A stretch of DNA of 64,000 nucleotides from NCBI GenBank assembly GCA_017472865.1, contig JAFUNV010000027.1, positions 2,520 to 66,519 on the forward strand, given 5' to 3'. Below the pieces are notes generated by a model, which was given only the letters and a program-made list of their open reading frames with translations, was not told where the DNA came from and searched no databases. Of this stretch, positions 37,925-47,040 are shown piece after piece. The stretch is from Ruminiclostridium sp. Lineage in GTDB: Bacteria; Bacillota; Clostridia; Oscillospirales; Ruminococcaceae. Each line of letters opens with the position of its first letter. The first letter of the stretch is position 1. The translations under genes were made by a program, and so were the position numbers.

Positions 37925-39145
37925 TTGGCTGAATTGCTCTCCCCAGCAGGGGATTATGAATGTCTTGAAGCCGCTGTGGACTACGGCTGTGACGCAGTTT
38001 ATCTGGGCGGTACAGAGTTCGGTATGCGCGCAGGCCCCAAGAATTTTGATATGAGCGCCCTCACCTCTGCCGTGGAATATGCTCACGGCAAAGGCGTAAA
38101 GGTATACCTTACCTGCAACACCGTTCCCACCAACGATGAGGTCGAAGCCTTCCCCGAATTTATAAAGAATGCCGCCGCAACAGGTATTGACGCGGTAATC
38201 GTTGCAGATATCGGAGTTATGGCCATGGTAAAAAAATACGCACCCGGTCTTGACATACACATGTCGACCCAGGTGGGCATTATGAACTATGAAACCGCCA
38301 ACGAGCTTTACCGTCTGGGAGCCAGACGTATAGTCCTCGCCCGTGAAACAAGCCTTGCGGAAATCCGCCGTATACGTGACAATATACCCGAGGATATGGA
38401 AATCGAAGCCTTTGTCCACGGCGCTATGTGCGTTTCCTTTTCGGGCAGATGTCTGCTGTCCAAATACCTTGTCGACCGTGACGCAAACCGCGGTGCATGT
38501 GCCCAGCCCTGCCGCTGGAGATATTTCATCACCGAAGAAAAGCGCATAGGTCAGGATTTTGAAATTTTCGAGGATAACCGCGGCACCTACATTCTCAACG
38601 CCAAGGATTTGTGCATGATTGAGCATATAAAGGAGTTGCTTGACGCAGGCGTTACCAGCCTTAAAATCGAAGGCCGTGCGAAATCTTCATACTATGTTGC
38701 CACTGTTACAAACGCCTATCGCTGCGCTCTTGACTGCGTTTACAGAAACGAAGAAGCTCCGCGCTGGGTGCTTGACGAAGTATATAAGGTCAGCCACCGC
38801 CGCTACTGCACAGGCTTCTTCTTTGATCATGACGACGCAGAGCAGTATTATGAGGACAGCGGATATTTCCGCGAATACGACTTTGCAGGCGTTATCGACG
38901 GGTATGAAAACGGCGTTATTCACATGACCCAGCGCAATTATTTCACCCTTGATGACGAGCTTGAAATCCTCTCCCCCGGCTGTGAGCCTGTCCGTTTTAC
39001 CCCTGCTGAAATGTTCAACGATAAGGGTGAAAGCGTGAGAATTGCAAATCATGCCACGGAAAAGCTCACCATTCCCTACGAGCGTGAATTTCCGAAAAAT
39101 TCTATCCTCAGAAAGCCCTCCAAGGACAGGGAAAAGAAGGACTGA
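37925..39145 (+). CDS. trhP: Peptidase U32 family Fe-S protein, probable tRNA U34 hydroxylase
   Basis: ELLSPAG, HMSTQ, EAFVHGAMC..FSGRC, RGACAQPCR, SLKIEGR; mltG-U32 order as in the Bacillus yrr cluster; TTG start. Confidence 0.8.
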   Translation: MAELLSPAGDYECLEAAVDYGCDAVYLGGTEFGMRAGPKNFDMSALTSAVEYAHGKGVKVYLTCNTVPTNDEVEAFPEFIKNAAATGIDAVIVADIGVMAMVKKYAPGLDIHMSTQVGIMNYETANELYRLGARRIVLARETSLAEIRRIRDNIPEDMEIEAFVHGAMCVSFSGRCLLSKYLVDRDANRGACAQPCRWRYFITEEKRIGQDFEIFEDNRGTYILNAKDLCMIEHIKELLDAGVTSLKIEGRAKSSYYVATVTNAYRCALDCVYRNEEAPRWVLDEVYKVSHRRYCTGFFFDHDDAEQYYEDSGYFREYDFAGVIDGYENGVIHMTQRNYFTLDDELEILSPGCEPVRFTPAEMFNDKGESVRIANHATEKLTIPYEREFPKNSILRKPSKDREKKD

Positions 39146-39156
39146 AAGGAATAAAG

Positions 39157-40014
39157 ATGGAATTAACCAATATAGGTACAATTAAAGAGCTTTTTGCAAA
39201 ACACGGCTTTTCCTTTACAAAATCACTGGGACAGAACTTCCTTATAAATCCCACGGTCTGCCCGAAAATCGCAGAGATGGGCGGCTGTAAAAAGGGTGCC
39301 GCGGCTATCGAAATCGGTACGGGCGTAGGCGTTCTCACAAAGGAGCTTGCCCTGCGCTGTGATAAGGTTATTGCCGTGGAAATTGACGAGGGGCTGAAGC
39401 CTATTTTAAGCGAAACCCTTGCGGATTTTGACAATGTGGAAATTGTCTTTGCAGATGTCATGAAAACCGACCTGCACGCACTCATCGCCGAAAAGCTTCA
39501 GGGGTATGACGAAATTTTAGTATGTGCAAATCTGCCATACTACATAACCTCGCCCGTTATAATGCGGCTTTTAGAGGAAAAGCTCCCCATAAGCGCAGTT
39601 ACGGTAATGGTGCAGAAGGAGGCCGCCGACCGCCTTTGCGCCAAGGTAGGCGCGAGGGACTGCGGAGCTATCACCGTGGCGGTGAACTATTACAGCACCC
39701 CGAAAATGCTGTTCAGAGTAAACCGCGGCAGCTTTATGCCTGCGCCGAATGTTGACAGCGCAGTTATACGCCTCGATATAAGCCGTACGCCGAAATACAC
39801 CCCAAAGGACGAAAAGCTGTTCTTTGAAATCGTACACGCCGCCTTTGCCCAGCGGAGAAAACAGCTTATAAACCCTGTGGCTTCAGCTCTGAAAATAGAA
39901 AAAGCCGTGCTGGCGGAAATCCTCACAGAATGTAAAATAAAGGCTACCGCCCGTCCCGAAGAGCTTAAAATGGAAGATTTTGTAGCTTTAAGCGACAGGC
40001 TTTCGGAAAAATAA
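39157..40014 (+). CDS. rsmA: 16S rRNA dimethyltransferase
   Basis: KSLGQNFL, EIGTG.G.LT, VEID, ANLPYYIT, P.VDS. Confidence 0.96.
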   Translation: MELTNIGTIKELFAKHGFSFTKSLGQNFLINPTVCPKIAEMGGCKKGAAAIEIGTGVGVLTKELALRCDKVIAVEIDEGLKPILSETLADFDNVEIVFADVMKTDLHALIAEKLQGYDEILVCANLPYYITSPVIMRLLEEKLPISAVTVMVQKEAADRLCAKVGARDCGAITVAVNYYSTPKMLFRVNRGSFMPAPNVDSAVIRLDISRTPKYTPKDEKLFFEIVHAAFAQRRKQLINPVASALKIEKAVLAEILTECKIKATARPEELKMEDFVALSDRLSEK

Positions 40015-40030
40015 ATATTAATCCCTTTCT

Positions 40031-40063
40031 TTGACAAAAATTTTTCCTTACGAGTATTAAAAT
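40031..40063 (+). promoter_or_regulatory. Putative Spo0A-activated sigma-A promoter of spoIIE
   Basis: TTGACA-N21-TAAAAT; TTTGACA is also a reverse 0A-like box. Confidence 0.6.
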
Positions 40064-40095
40064 GAAAACAGAAACACTCGAAAGGAATGATTTTT

Positions 40096-42360
40096 ATGGA
40101 AAAGAGTATAAGCTCTGTTCCCCGCGTCAAGGAAAGGGATTTCAGTTTTTTAAAGGGATTTTTTCTTGCCGCAGCTTCGTTTTTTCTGGCACTATCTCCA
40201 CTTTTCGGACGGTTATCGCCCTTCCCTGCCGCCCTTGTAGGGGCACTGTCGGGCTTCGACTGCGTGGCTGTGTTTTTCGGGAGCGTCATAGGCTTTGCCG
40301 CAGCGGACAGCTTTGAGCTTGCGGTGCCGTACATAGGCGCAATGACCCTTATACTGGCTGTGCGGCTTATAATCAACGGGAAAAGAAGCACTATCGTCAA
40401 TACAGTGTCTGCGGCTGTTACAGCCATAGTTATTTTTATCGCAAACCTGCCCTCGGCTCAGGGGCTTTCGGATATTTTCACAGGCTTTGCCTTCGGCGCT
40501 GTGTCCTTTATCGGCGTGATGGCTTTATGCTCCTTCATAAACACAAAGGACAAGCCTGTAAGTGAAGATAATATCCCTCTCGCTCTTTCGGGCGGAATTA
40601 TCTACACCCTGATAATAACTGCTTTTACAGGGCTTCAGGCAGAAATATTCAACACAGGTATCTTCCTTTCGGCTATGGGTATTGTCCTTTCGCCGTACAT
40701 ACATGACGGTATTTCCGCCGCCGCAGGTATACTTTCCGCCGTAGGAATAACCATAGCTGACGGAGAATTTTCGGGAATTTCAGTCCTGCTGGCACTGAGC
40801 GCCCTTATCTCCTCGCTTCTGGGCAGATACGGACGCATCACCCGTGCCTGTGCGCTTATTTTCGCACTGGGTACAGGGGTTGTAATAACAGGAATAACCA
40901 CACACAGCACTATCTGCTTAGCTTCATCCTTTATCGGCGCTGTCCTTTCAATAATAATCCCCGAGCGGCTTATTCCCACCTTCCGCAACCGATGTTACGC
41001 AGGCGTTGCCGCTTCTCACCGTCCATTTTACGCTTTCGGAAAAAAGCTGGAGGGCATGAGCTGTGCGGTAAAGGAAATGAACTGTGCAATCAAAAAAACT
41101 GCTGCCGTGCTGGATAACGAAAACCTTCAGGACCCCTCACAGATATATATTTCCGCCGCGGACCATATATGCTCCTCCTGCAGAAATAATATGTACTGTT
41201 GGGGCAGCTGCTATAACCGCAGTGCGGATATAATGAACCGCGCCGTAGCAGGTATCCGTCAGGGCAGGCTTGCGGACGAAAGTATGCTGGACGGACACTT
41301 TGCGGAAATCTGTACCAGACGCCGTGAGCTTGCCGCGGACCTTAACCGCCGCTACGCCGCCTACTGCTCGGCACAGAGCGCCGCACGGAAGGTGGGAGAG
41401 ATGCGCACTATGCTTTCCTCCCAGCTTTCGGCAACAGAGCGTATGCTGAAAAAAATGTCCGACGAGCTGTGCAACGACAGCGGGTTTGATATGCAGGCGG
41501 CAAAAGCTGCCGAAAGGGTTCTTGAAGAAAACGGAATTACCGACGCCGCCGTAACCGCCATGTATATCGAAAACAGGCTCACAATTGACGCCTACGGAAG
41601 GGATACTCCCTTTTTCATAGCTGATAACATAGAAAAAAAGCTGGCTATGGCTTTGCGTAAGGAGTTCGACCCGCCGCTTATCGCCGAAAGCGGCGACGGG
41701 GTGCATATCACCCTTTCCGAACGTTCAATGTACGATGCGCAGATTAAAACCTTCGCTCGGAGCAAATCGGGCAATTCGGGCAGTGGCGACTGCTTCGACT
41801 GCTTCAACGACGGCAAGGGTAATGTTTACATGATTCTTTCCGACGGAATGGGCAGCGGCAGCAGAGCGAGAATTGACAGCGCTTTTTCCTGCAGTATGCT
41901 TACAAAAATGCTTAAGGCGGGGATTGATTTTGACGCAGCAATGGAAATGCTCAATAATTCGCTTATGGTAAAATCCGCCGACGAGAGCTTTGCCACTCTT
42001 GACGTCTGCCGCATAAATCTCTATACGGGTGAAATTTCCCTTTATAAAGCGGGGAGTGCTTCCACCTTTGTGCGCTGCGGAAAAAGCTTTTCCGAGCTTT
42101 CGGGTAACGGTATCCCCTTTGGTGTAAGCTTTAATGCCGAATACAGCGAAAAGCGCTTTACTGTATCCTTCGGTGATATTGTGATTATGGCGAGCGACGG
42201 TGCGGAAATCGACAAAGCGTGGCTTTCCAATATAGTTCTGAGGGACAAGAACCCAGACCTCGGCGGAATTATTTCTACAATCGGCGAGGCGCTCCGCCTC
42301 AGCGCAGAAAAAGGAAAGGAGGACGATATCACCGTTATCGGGGTGAAGATTATAAAATGA
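40096..42360 (+). CDS. spoIIE: Stage II sporulation protein E (membrane PP2C phosphatase)
   Basis: Multi-TM N-terminus, C..C.....CW, SGD, LSDGMGSG, ESFATLD, SDG, DDITV. Confidence 0.9.
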   Translation: MEKSISSVPRVKERDFSFLKGFFLAAASFFLALSPLFGRLSPFPAALVGALSGFDCVAVFFGSVIGFAAADSFELAVPYIGAMTLILAVRLIINGKRSTIVNTVSAAVTAIVIFIANLPSAQGLSDIFTGFAFGAVSFIGVMALCSFINTKDKPVSEDNIPLALSGGIIYTLIITAFTGLQAEIFNTGIFLSAMGIVLSPYIHDGISAAAGILSAVGITIADGEFSGISVLLALSALISSLLGRYGRITRACALIFALGTGVVITGITTHSTICLASSFIGAVLSIIIPERLIPTFRNRCYAGVAASHRPFYAFGKKLEGMSCAVKEMNCAIKKTAAVLDNENLQDPSQIYISAADHICSSCRNNMYCWGSCYNRSADIMNRAVAGIRQGRLADESMLDGHFAEICTRRRELAADLNRRYAAYCSAQSAARKVGEMRTMLSSQLSATERMLKKMSDELCNDSGFDMQAAKAAERVLEENGITDAAVTAMYIENRLTIDAYGRDTPFFIADNIEKKLAMALRKEFDPPLIAESGDGVHITLSERSMYDAQIKTFARSKSGNSGSGDCFDCFNDGKGNVYMILSDGMGSGSRARIDSAFSCSMLTKMLKAGIDFDAAMEMLNNSLMVKSADESFATLDVCRINLYTGEISLYKAGSASTFVRCGKSFSELSGNGIPFGVSFNAEYSEKRFTVSFGDIVIMASDGAEIDKAWLSNIVLRDKNPDLGGIISTIGEALRLSAEKGKEDDITVIGVKIIK

Positions 42361-42363
42361 GCG

Positions 42364-42393
42364 AAGCCTGAGAAGTTCTTCTTCTCAGGCTTT
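42364..42393. terminator. Bidirectional terminator
   Basis: AAGCCTGAGAAG...CTTCTCAGGCTTT. Confidence 0.8.
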
Positions 42394-42402
42394 GTTCATT
42401 AT

Positions 42403-43578
42403 CTACCCGAATATACTCATAAACTGCGCAGTCAACAGACCACCGCCCGTGCCTATGACATAACCTAAAAGCGCCATTACAATTCCCACAGGTACAAGAG
42501 CACTGCTGTATGCGCCAGCAAGTACGGGTGCAGTTGCCGTACCGCCTACATTAGCCAGCGAAGCCACCGCACAGGTGAAAATATCCATCTTCAGAAGCTT
42601 TGCCAGCAGTAGCATAACAAGAATATGAACCAGCAGCACTGTAAATCCTGCTATCAGCCATACAGGCGCGTCACCGATATGGCTTAAATCCGCACGGGAG
42701 GCAATAAGCGCTATTACGAAATAAAGAAGCACATTGGAAATTTCCTCGGTACCCTTGATTTTTCCGAAGGGCGTAAGCGCAAGTGTTACACCCAAAGCAG
42801 TTACAATAAGCACCGTCCAGGTTGCCTTATCGAAAAACGACATAACGTTATTCAGCAGTACGCCGATTTTCTGTGAAACCGCCGAAACCAGCAGCCCCGA
42901 GCCTGTGAGGATTGCAATATTCTGCCATGTGATAACCGAGGTGTCCGCCCTTGTCTCCGCTTCAAGCGCCGCGCCCACCTCGTCTATTGCGCGGGTGTCA
43001 GCCTTTGTCCAGCGGTTGAATTTCTTTGAAAAGCCGATAGCCCACAAAAGAAACATGATATAAACCGTACCGCAGATTGAATCCATTACCAGCGCGTATG
43101 CCATATCGCTTTCGCTTACGTCCAGTGCCGCCTGAATACCCATCATGTTGCCCGCGCCGCCCATCCAGCTGCCGCAGAGCGCACCCATGGACTTCCACGC
43201 ACCCTCGCCCAGATAATTGTGAAAAACGGCGTAGGCTATGAAAAATCCCAGAGAAATAGAAGCCGTGGCGGAGAAAAAGCCGATAAGCATTTTCGGTCCC
43301 AGCTTTATGATTTTTCTCAGGTCGCATCTGAGTAGCATGAGAAAAAGCATTGCATAAAGCAGCGGATTCTTCAGCGCGCCGTAGGCTTCCGCGGTGCTCT
43401 CCGTGTCCCATAATCTGAAGGTGCAGAGCAGCATAAGTCCCAGATATATGAGCACAATAGGCGGAGCGAAGCTGAAGAATTTCTGTGCCTTCTCCCCCCT
43501 GAAAAATTTTGGCAGGCAAATAAGTAATGCGGCGGTAAAAAGAATTACCGCCACATACATAAAACCGTCTTTTATCAT
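42403..43578 (-). CDS. DUF819 family membrane protein
   Basis: Polytopic; GSWMGG.GN, AS.ANVGG..TAP, GYVIGT. Confidence 0.85.
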   Translation of the reverse strand: MIKDGFMYVAVILFTAALLICLPKFFRGEKAQKFFSFAPPIVLIYLGLMLLCTFRLWDTESTAEAYGALKNPLLYAMLFLMLLRCDLRKIIKLGPKMLIGFFSATASISLGFFIAYAVFHNYLGEGAWKSMGALCGSWMGGAGNMMGIQAALDVSESDMAYALVMDSICGTVYIMFLLWAIGFSKKFNRWTKADTRAIDEVGAALEAETRADTSVITWQNIAILTGSGLLVSAVSQKIGVLLNNVMSFFDKATWTVLIVTALGVTLALTPFGKIKGTEEISNVLLYFVIALIASRADLSHIGDAPVWLIAGFTVLLVHILVMLLLAKLLKMDIFTCAVASLANVGGTATAPVLAGAYSSALVPVGIVMALLGYVIGTGGGLLTAQFMSIFG

Positions 43579-43626
43579 ACCGTTCCCTCCATGCGGCAGA
43601 CGCTCCGAAGAAACAGCATACCGCAG

Positions 43627-45081
43627 TTACTTTAATTTCTTAAGCACGGAAAGAAGGTAATTCCATGTGCGCTCCACCGAGGCAACATTCATGCGCTCAT
43701 CGGGAGTGTGCACATTTTCAAGGTCGGGACCGATTGAAACCATATCACCGTCCGTTATTTTCTCGGAAAGCAGTCCGCATTCAAGCCCTGCATGAATCGA
43801 AGTAATCACAGGCTCTCTGCCGTACATTTCCCTGAAGGCTTCAACCATAACATCACGCAGAGGAGAAGCTTCACGGTACTCCCACGAGGGATAGTCAGAA
43901 TCGAAAACAGCCTTGCCGCCCAGATACTCTGTAAATGAACGCAGCTTTTCCATAATTGCCTTTTTTCCGCTTAAACTGTTACTGCGTATAAGATACCCCA
44001 TTTTCACCGAATTATTATCAATATAAAGCTCGCCCATGTTAAGTGAAGATTTTACCATGTCGGGGTCGTTCTTCATAACCGTAACAACACCGTCGGGAGA
44101 GTTCATGAGCGCAAAGATTACCTTTTTGGTTGAAGCCGCGGTCATGTGCTTTGCGGGAACAGCTTCAAAGCTTTCGCAGGCGCAAAGCTCCGCCTCTGCT
44201 TCAAAGCTTCCGTTTTCGTTCCAGAAAATATCTCTGAAATATTCCGAAGCCGCATTGATGATTATATCCTTGTTTTCCGCCTTTGTCACAACAACGGCGC
44301 AGGCGGATTTCGGGATAACATTTGTCTTGTTTCCGCCCTTTATGTCGCAGATGAAGAATTCAGCCTGCTTATATGCATAGTTCAGCACCTCGGCAAGCAC
44401 CTTATGACCGTTCAGACGGCGCTTGTTTATTTCAACGCCCGAGTGACCGCCCAGAAGCTTATCAACTTTGATTTCAACGGCGCACATACCTTCTTCGGTA
44501 TCGGTAAATTCCATTTCATATTCACAGGCGCAGCGTACTCCGCCTGCACAGCTTACGGTTATGAAGCCTTCCTCCTCGGAGTCGATATTTATGAGCTTCT
44601 TACCCTTTAAAAGCGAACCGTCCAGATTTTCCGCACCTGTCATGCCTGTTTCCTCATCAACGGTGAGAAGGATTTCAAGAGGCGGGTGGGGAATATCATC
44701 AGAATCGAGAATTGCAAGAACATAGGCGATAGCTATACCGTCGTCGCCGCCTAAGGTAGTGCCGTCCGCCCATACCCATTCGCCGTCAGTGCAAAGGGTT
44801 ATGGCCTCCTCCTCCATGTCCTTTACGCAGTCATTGCTTTTTTCGCAGACCATATCGAGGTGACCCTGCAGAATCACAGGCTCGCTGCTTTCATAGCCTG
44901 CTGTACCGTCTGCATATATGATTACGTTGCCGCAAGGCTCCTTTACAGCTCTGAGTTTATGATTTTCCGCAAATTTCATGCAGTAATCGCCGATTGCTTC
45001 TACATTCCCCGAACCATGAGGGATAGCGGAGATTTCTTCAAAATAACGGAATACTTTCATTGGTTTAAGATTTTCGAGCAT
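43627..45081 (-). CDS. pepD: Aminoacyl-histidine dipeptidase (M20)
   Basis: QGHLDMV, TTLGGDDG, DEETG, NIDSE, GGHSG, HAGLECG, HTPDE; ATG 45081 after GAAAGGA. Confidence 0.92.
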   Translation of the reverse strand: MLENLKPMKVFRYFEEISAIPHGSGNVEAIGDYCMKFAENHKLRAVKEPCGNVIIYADGTAGYESSEPVILQGHLDMVCEKSNDCVKDMEEEAITLCTDGEWVWADGTTLGGDDGIAIAYVLAILDSDDIPHPPLEILLTVDEETGMTGAENLDGSLLKGKKLINIDSEEEGFITVSCAGGVRCACEYEMEFTDTEEGMCAVEIKVDKLLGGHSGVEINKRRLNGHKVLAEVLNYAYKQAEFFICDIKGGNKTNVIPKSACAVVVTKAENKDIIINAASEYFRDIFWNENGSFEAEAELCACESFEAVPAKHMTAASTKKVIFALMNSPDGVVTVMKNDPDMVKSSLNMGELYIDNNSVKMGYLIRSNSLSGKKAIMEKLRSFTEYLGGKAVFDSDYPSWEYREASPLRDVMVEAFREMYGREPVITSIHAGLECGLLSEKITDGDMVSIGPDLENVHTPDERMNVASVERTWNYLLSVLKKLK

Positions 45082-45155
45082 GAGATTGAGTCCTTTCGTT
45101 AATAATAAAACTACTATTATAATAACACAAAAAATCACAAATATCAACCCGAAAC

Positions 45156-45184
45156 TTGACTTTTATTACATTAAGGAGTATAAT
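45156..45184 (+). promoter_or_regulatory. Sigma-A promoter
   Basis: TTGACT-N17-TATAAT. Confidence 0.75.
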
Positions 45185-45224
45185 TACTATTTGATGTAAT
45201 TTCAAAATGAAAGGATTTTTTAAC

Positions 45225-46043
45225 ATGAGTGAATGTACACATAACTGCTCCACCTGCAGTTCAAACTGTTCCGAGCGCAAGGCTGAAAGCCTGCTTGCTC
45301 CTCAGAACCAGCTTTCAGACGTAAAGAAAGTAATCGCCGTTGTATCGGGCAAGGGCGGCGTAGGTAAGTCTCTCGTCACTTCCCTTTTAGCCTCCGTTTC
45401 CGCAAAGAAAGGCAAGAAAACTGCAGTTCTTGACGCAGATATCACAGGACCGTCTATCCCTAAGGTTTTCGGCGTAAGCGGCAAGGTTATGAGCGACGGT
45501 CAGAATATGATTCCTTTAAAGTCAAAGAACGGCGTTGAAATCATGTCCGTGAACCTGCTCCTCGAAAACGACACCGACCCCGTTGTATGGCGCGGCCCTG
45601 TTATCGCAGGCGTTGTAAAGCAGTTCTGGTCTGACGTTGTATGGGACGATGTTGATTTCATGTTCGTGGATATGCCTCCCGGAACTGGCGACGTTCCTCT
45701 CACCGTTTTCCAGTCTATCCCCGTAAGCGGAATTATCGTTGTTACAAGCCCTCAGGAGCTTGTTTCCATGATTGTTGAAAAGGCTGTAAAAATGGCAGGT
45801 ATGATGAATATACCCGTACTCGGTATTGTTGAAAATATGAGTTATTTCGTATGCGATAACTGCGACAAAAAACACTATATCTACGGCGAAAGCCATATTG
45901 ATGAAATTGCCGCAAAGCACGGCATAAAGAATATCGCAAGACTTCCTATCGACCCCTCTTTTGCTGCTTACGGCGACAAGGGCGATATAGAAAGTGCAGA
46001 CACCTCTGCTCTTGAAGCGCTCGCCGAGGAGATTTTAAAGTGA
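45225..46043 (+). CDS. Mrp/NBP35 (ApbC) Fe-S cluster carrier ATPase
   Basis: N-terminal CTHNCSTC...C, SGKGGVGKS, WRGP, DMPPGTGD, ENMS..CxxC. Confidence 0.93.
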   Translation: MSECTHNCSTCSSNCSERKAESLLAPQNQLSDVKKVIAVVSGKGGVGKSLVTSLLASVSAKKGKKTAVLDADITGPSIPKVFGVSGKVMSDGQNMIPLKSKNGVEIMSVNLLLENDTDPVVWRGPVIAGVVKQFWSDVVWDDVDFMFVDMPPGTGDVPLTVFQSIPVSGIIVVTSPQELVSMIVEKAVKMAGMMNIPVLGIVENMSYFVCDNCDKKHYIYGESHIDEIAAKHGIKNIARLPIDPSFAAYGDKGDIESADTSALEALAEEILK

Positions 46044-46513
46044 TGACGCACTCAGAAAAAGCAAGAAATTACTTTTTAGACGGTTATAACTGCTCTCAGG
46101 CGGTATTTCTCGCCTTCAGCGACCTTACAGGACTTGACGAAAAGACCTCGCTTCTTATTGCATCTTCATTCGGCGGCGGAATGGGCAGACTCCGCGAGGT
46201 ATGCGGCGCAGTAAGCGGTATGTTCATGACTGCAGGTATGTTATACGGCTATGACGACCCGAAGGCGGGCAATGAAAAAACAGAGCATTACAAGCGTATT
46301 CAGGAGCTTGCCGCAGCATTCAAGGCGAAAAACAGCTCCATTGTCTGCCGTGACATACTGGGTAAGATTGCCGAAGATAAAAGCTTTATCCCTTCGGAAA
46401 GAACCGCCGAATACTATAAGACCCGACCCTGCGCAAAAATGGTAGAGGACGCAGCGGAAATCATGGACGAATATATAAGAAACAATCCCTATAAAAAGGA
46501 GCATACGGAATGA
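46040..46513 (+). CDS. C_GCAxxG_C_C family putative redox protein
   Basis: [26 protein letters not shown]. Confidence 0.88.
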   Translation: MMTHSEKARNYFLDGYNCSQAVFLAFSDLTGLDEKTSLLIASSFGGGMGRLREVCGAVSGMFMTAGMLYGYDDPKAGNEKTEHYKRIQELAAAFKAKNSSIVCRDILGKIAEDKSFIPSERTAEYYKTRPCAKMVEDAAEIMDEYIRNNPYKKEHTE

Positions 46514-46944
46514 AGCTGGTAGTACAGCGTGTTGAACACGCAAGCGTTACCGTTGACGAAAAGGTGTGCGGAAAAATAGGAAAGGGCTTTCTGGTGCTTC
46601 TGGGCATAGGTCAGGAGGACACTGAGGAAGAATGTAAGCGGCTTTGCGCAAAGCTTATAAACCTTCGTATATTTTCCGACGAAAACGGAAAGACCAATCT
46701 TTCTTTAAAGGACGTAGGCGGAGAGCTGCTCATTATCTCTCAGTTCACCCTTTACGCCGACTGCCGCAAGGGCAACCGCCCCAACTTCCTTATGGCGAAA
46801 GAACCGAAGGAGGCTGAGCGCCTTTACGAATACTTTGCCGACCTGTGCGCAAAGGAAATTCCCGTGGTGGAACGCGGCATTTTCGGGGCAGATATGAAAG
46901 TGGAACTTCTTAACGACGGCCCTTTTACAATCATACTGGAATAA
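46510..46944 (+). CDS. dtd: D-aminoacyl-tRNA deacylase
   Basis: VVQRV, SQFTL, GNRP, FGA.M.V...NDGP. Confidence 0.97.
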   Translation: MKLVVQRVEHASVTVDEKVCGKIGKGFLVLLGIGQEDTEEECKRLCAKLINLRIFSDENGKTNLSLKDVGGELLIISQFTLYADCRKGNRPNFLMAKEPKEAERLYEYFADLCAKEIPVVERGIFGADMKVELLNDGPFTIILE

Positions 46945-47040
46945 TATATTTTTCGGGCGGATATTATCCGCCCCTCTTTACTTTTCAACCAAAATATGCT
47001 AAAATTGTAATAACGATTTTCAGAAAGGAAATTTACAGCT

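Noticed and set aside
37580-38626. 348-aa - strand ORF
   Set aside because: Antisense to mltG and the U32 gene; no recognisable family.
45178-45192. PerR/Fur-like box before the Mrp gene
   Set aside because: Half of the match is the TATAAT -10; the other half is weak in AT-rich DNA.
47008-47022. LacI/cre-like operator before the alpha-galactosidase
   Set aside because: Only one good half-site and no regulator nearby; plausible but unsupported.
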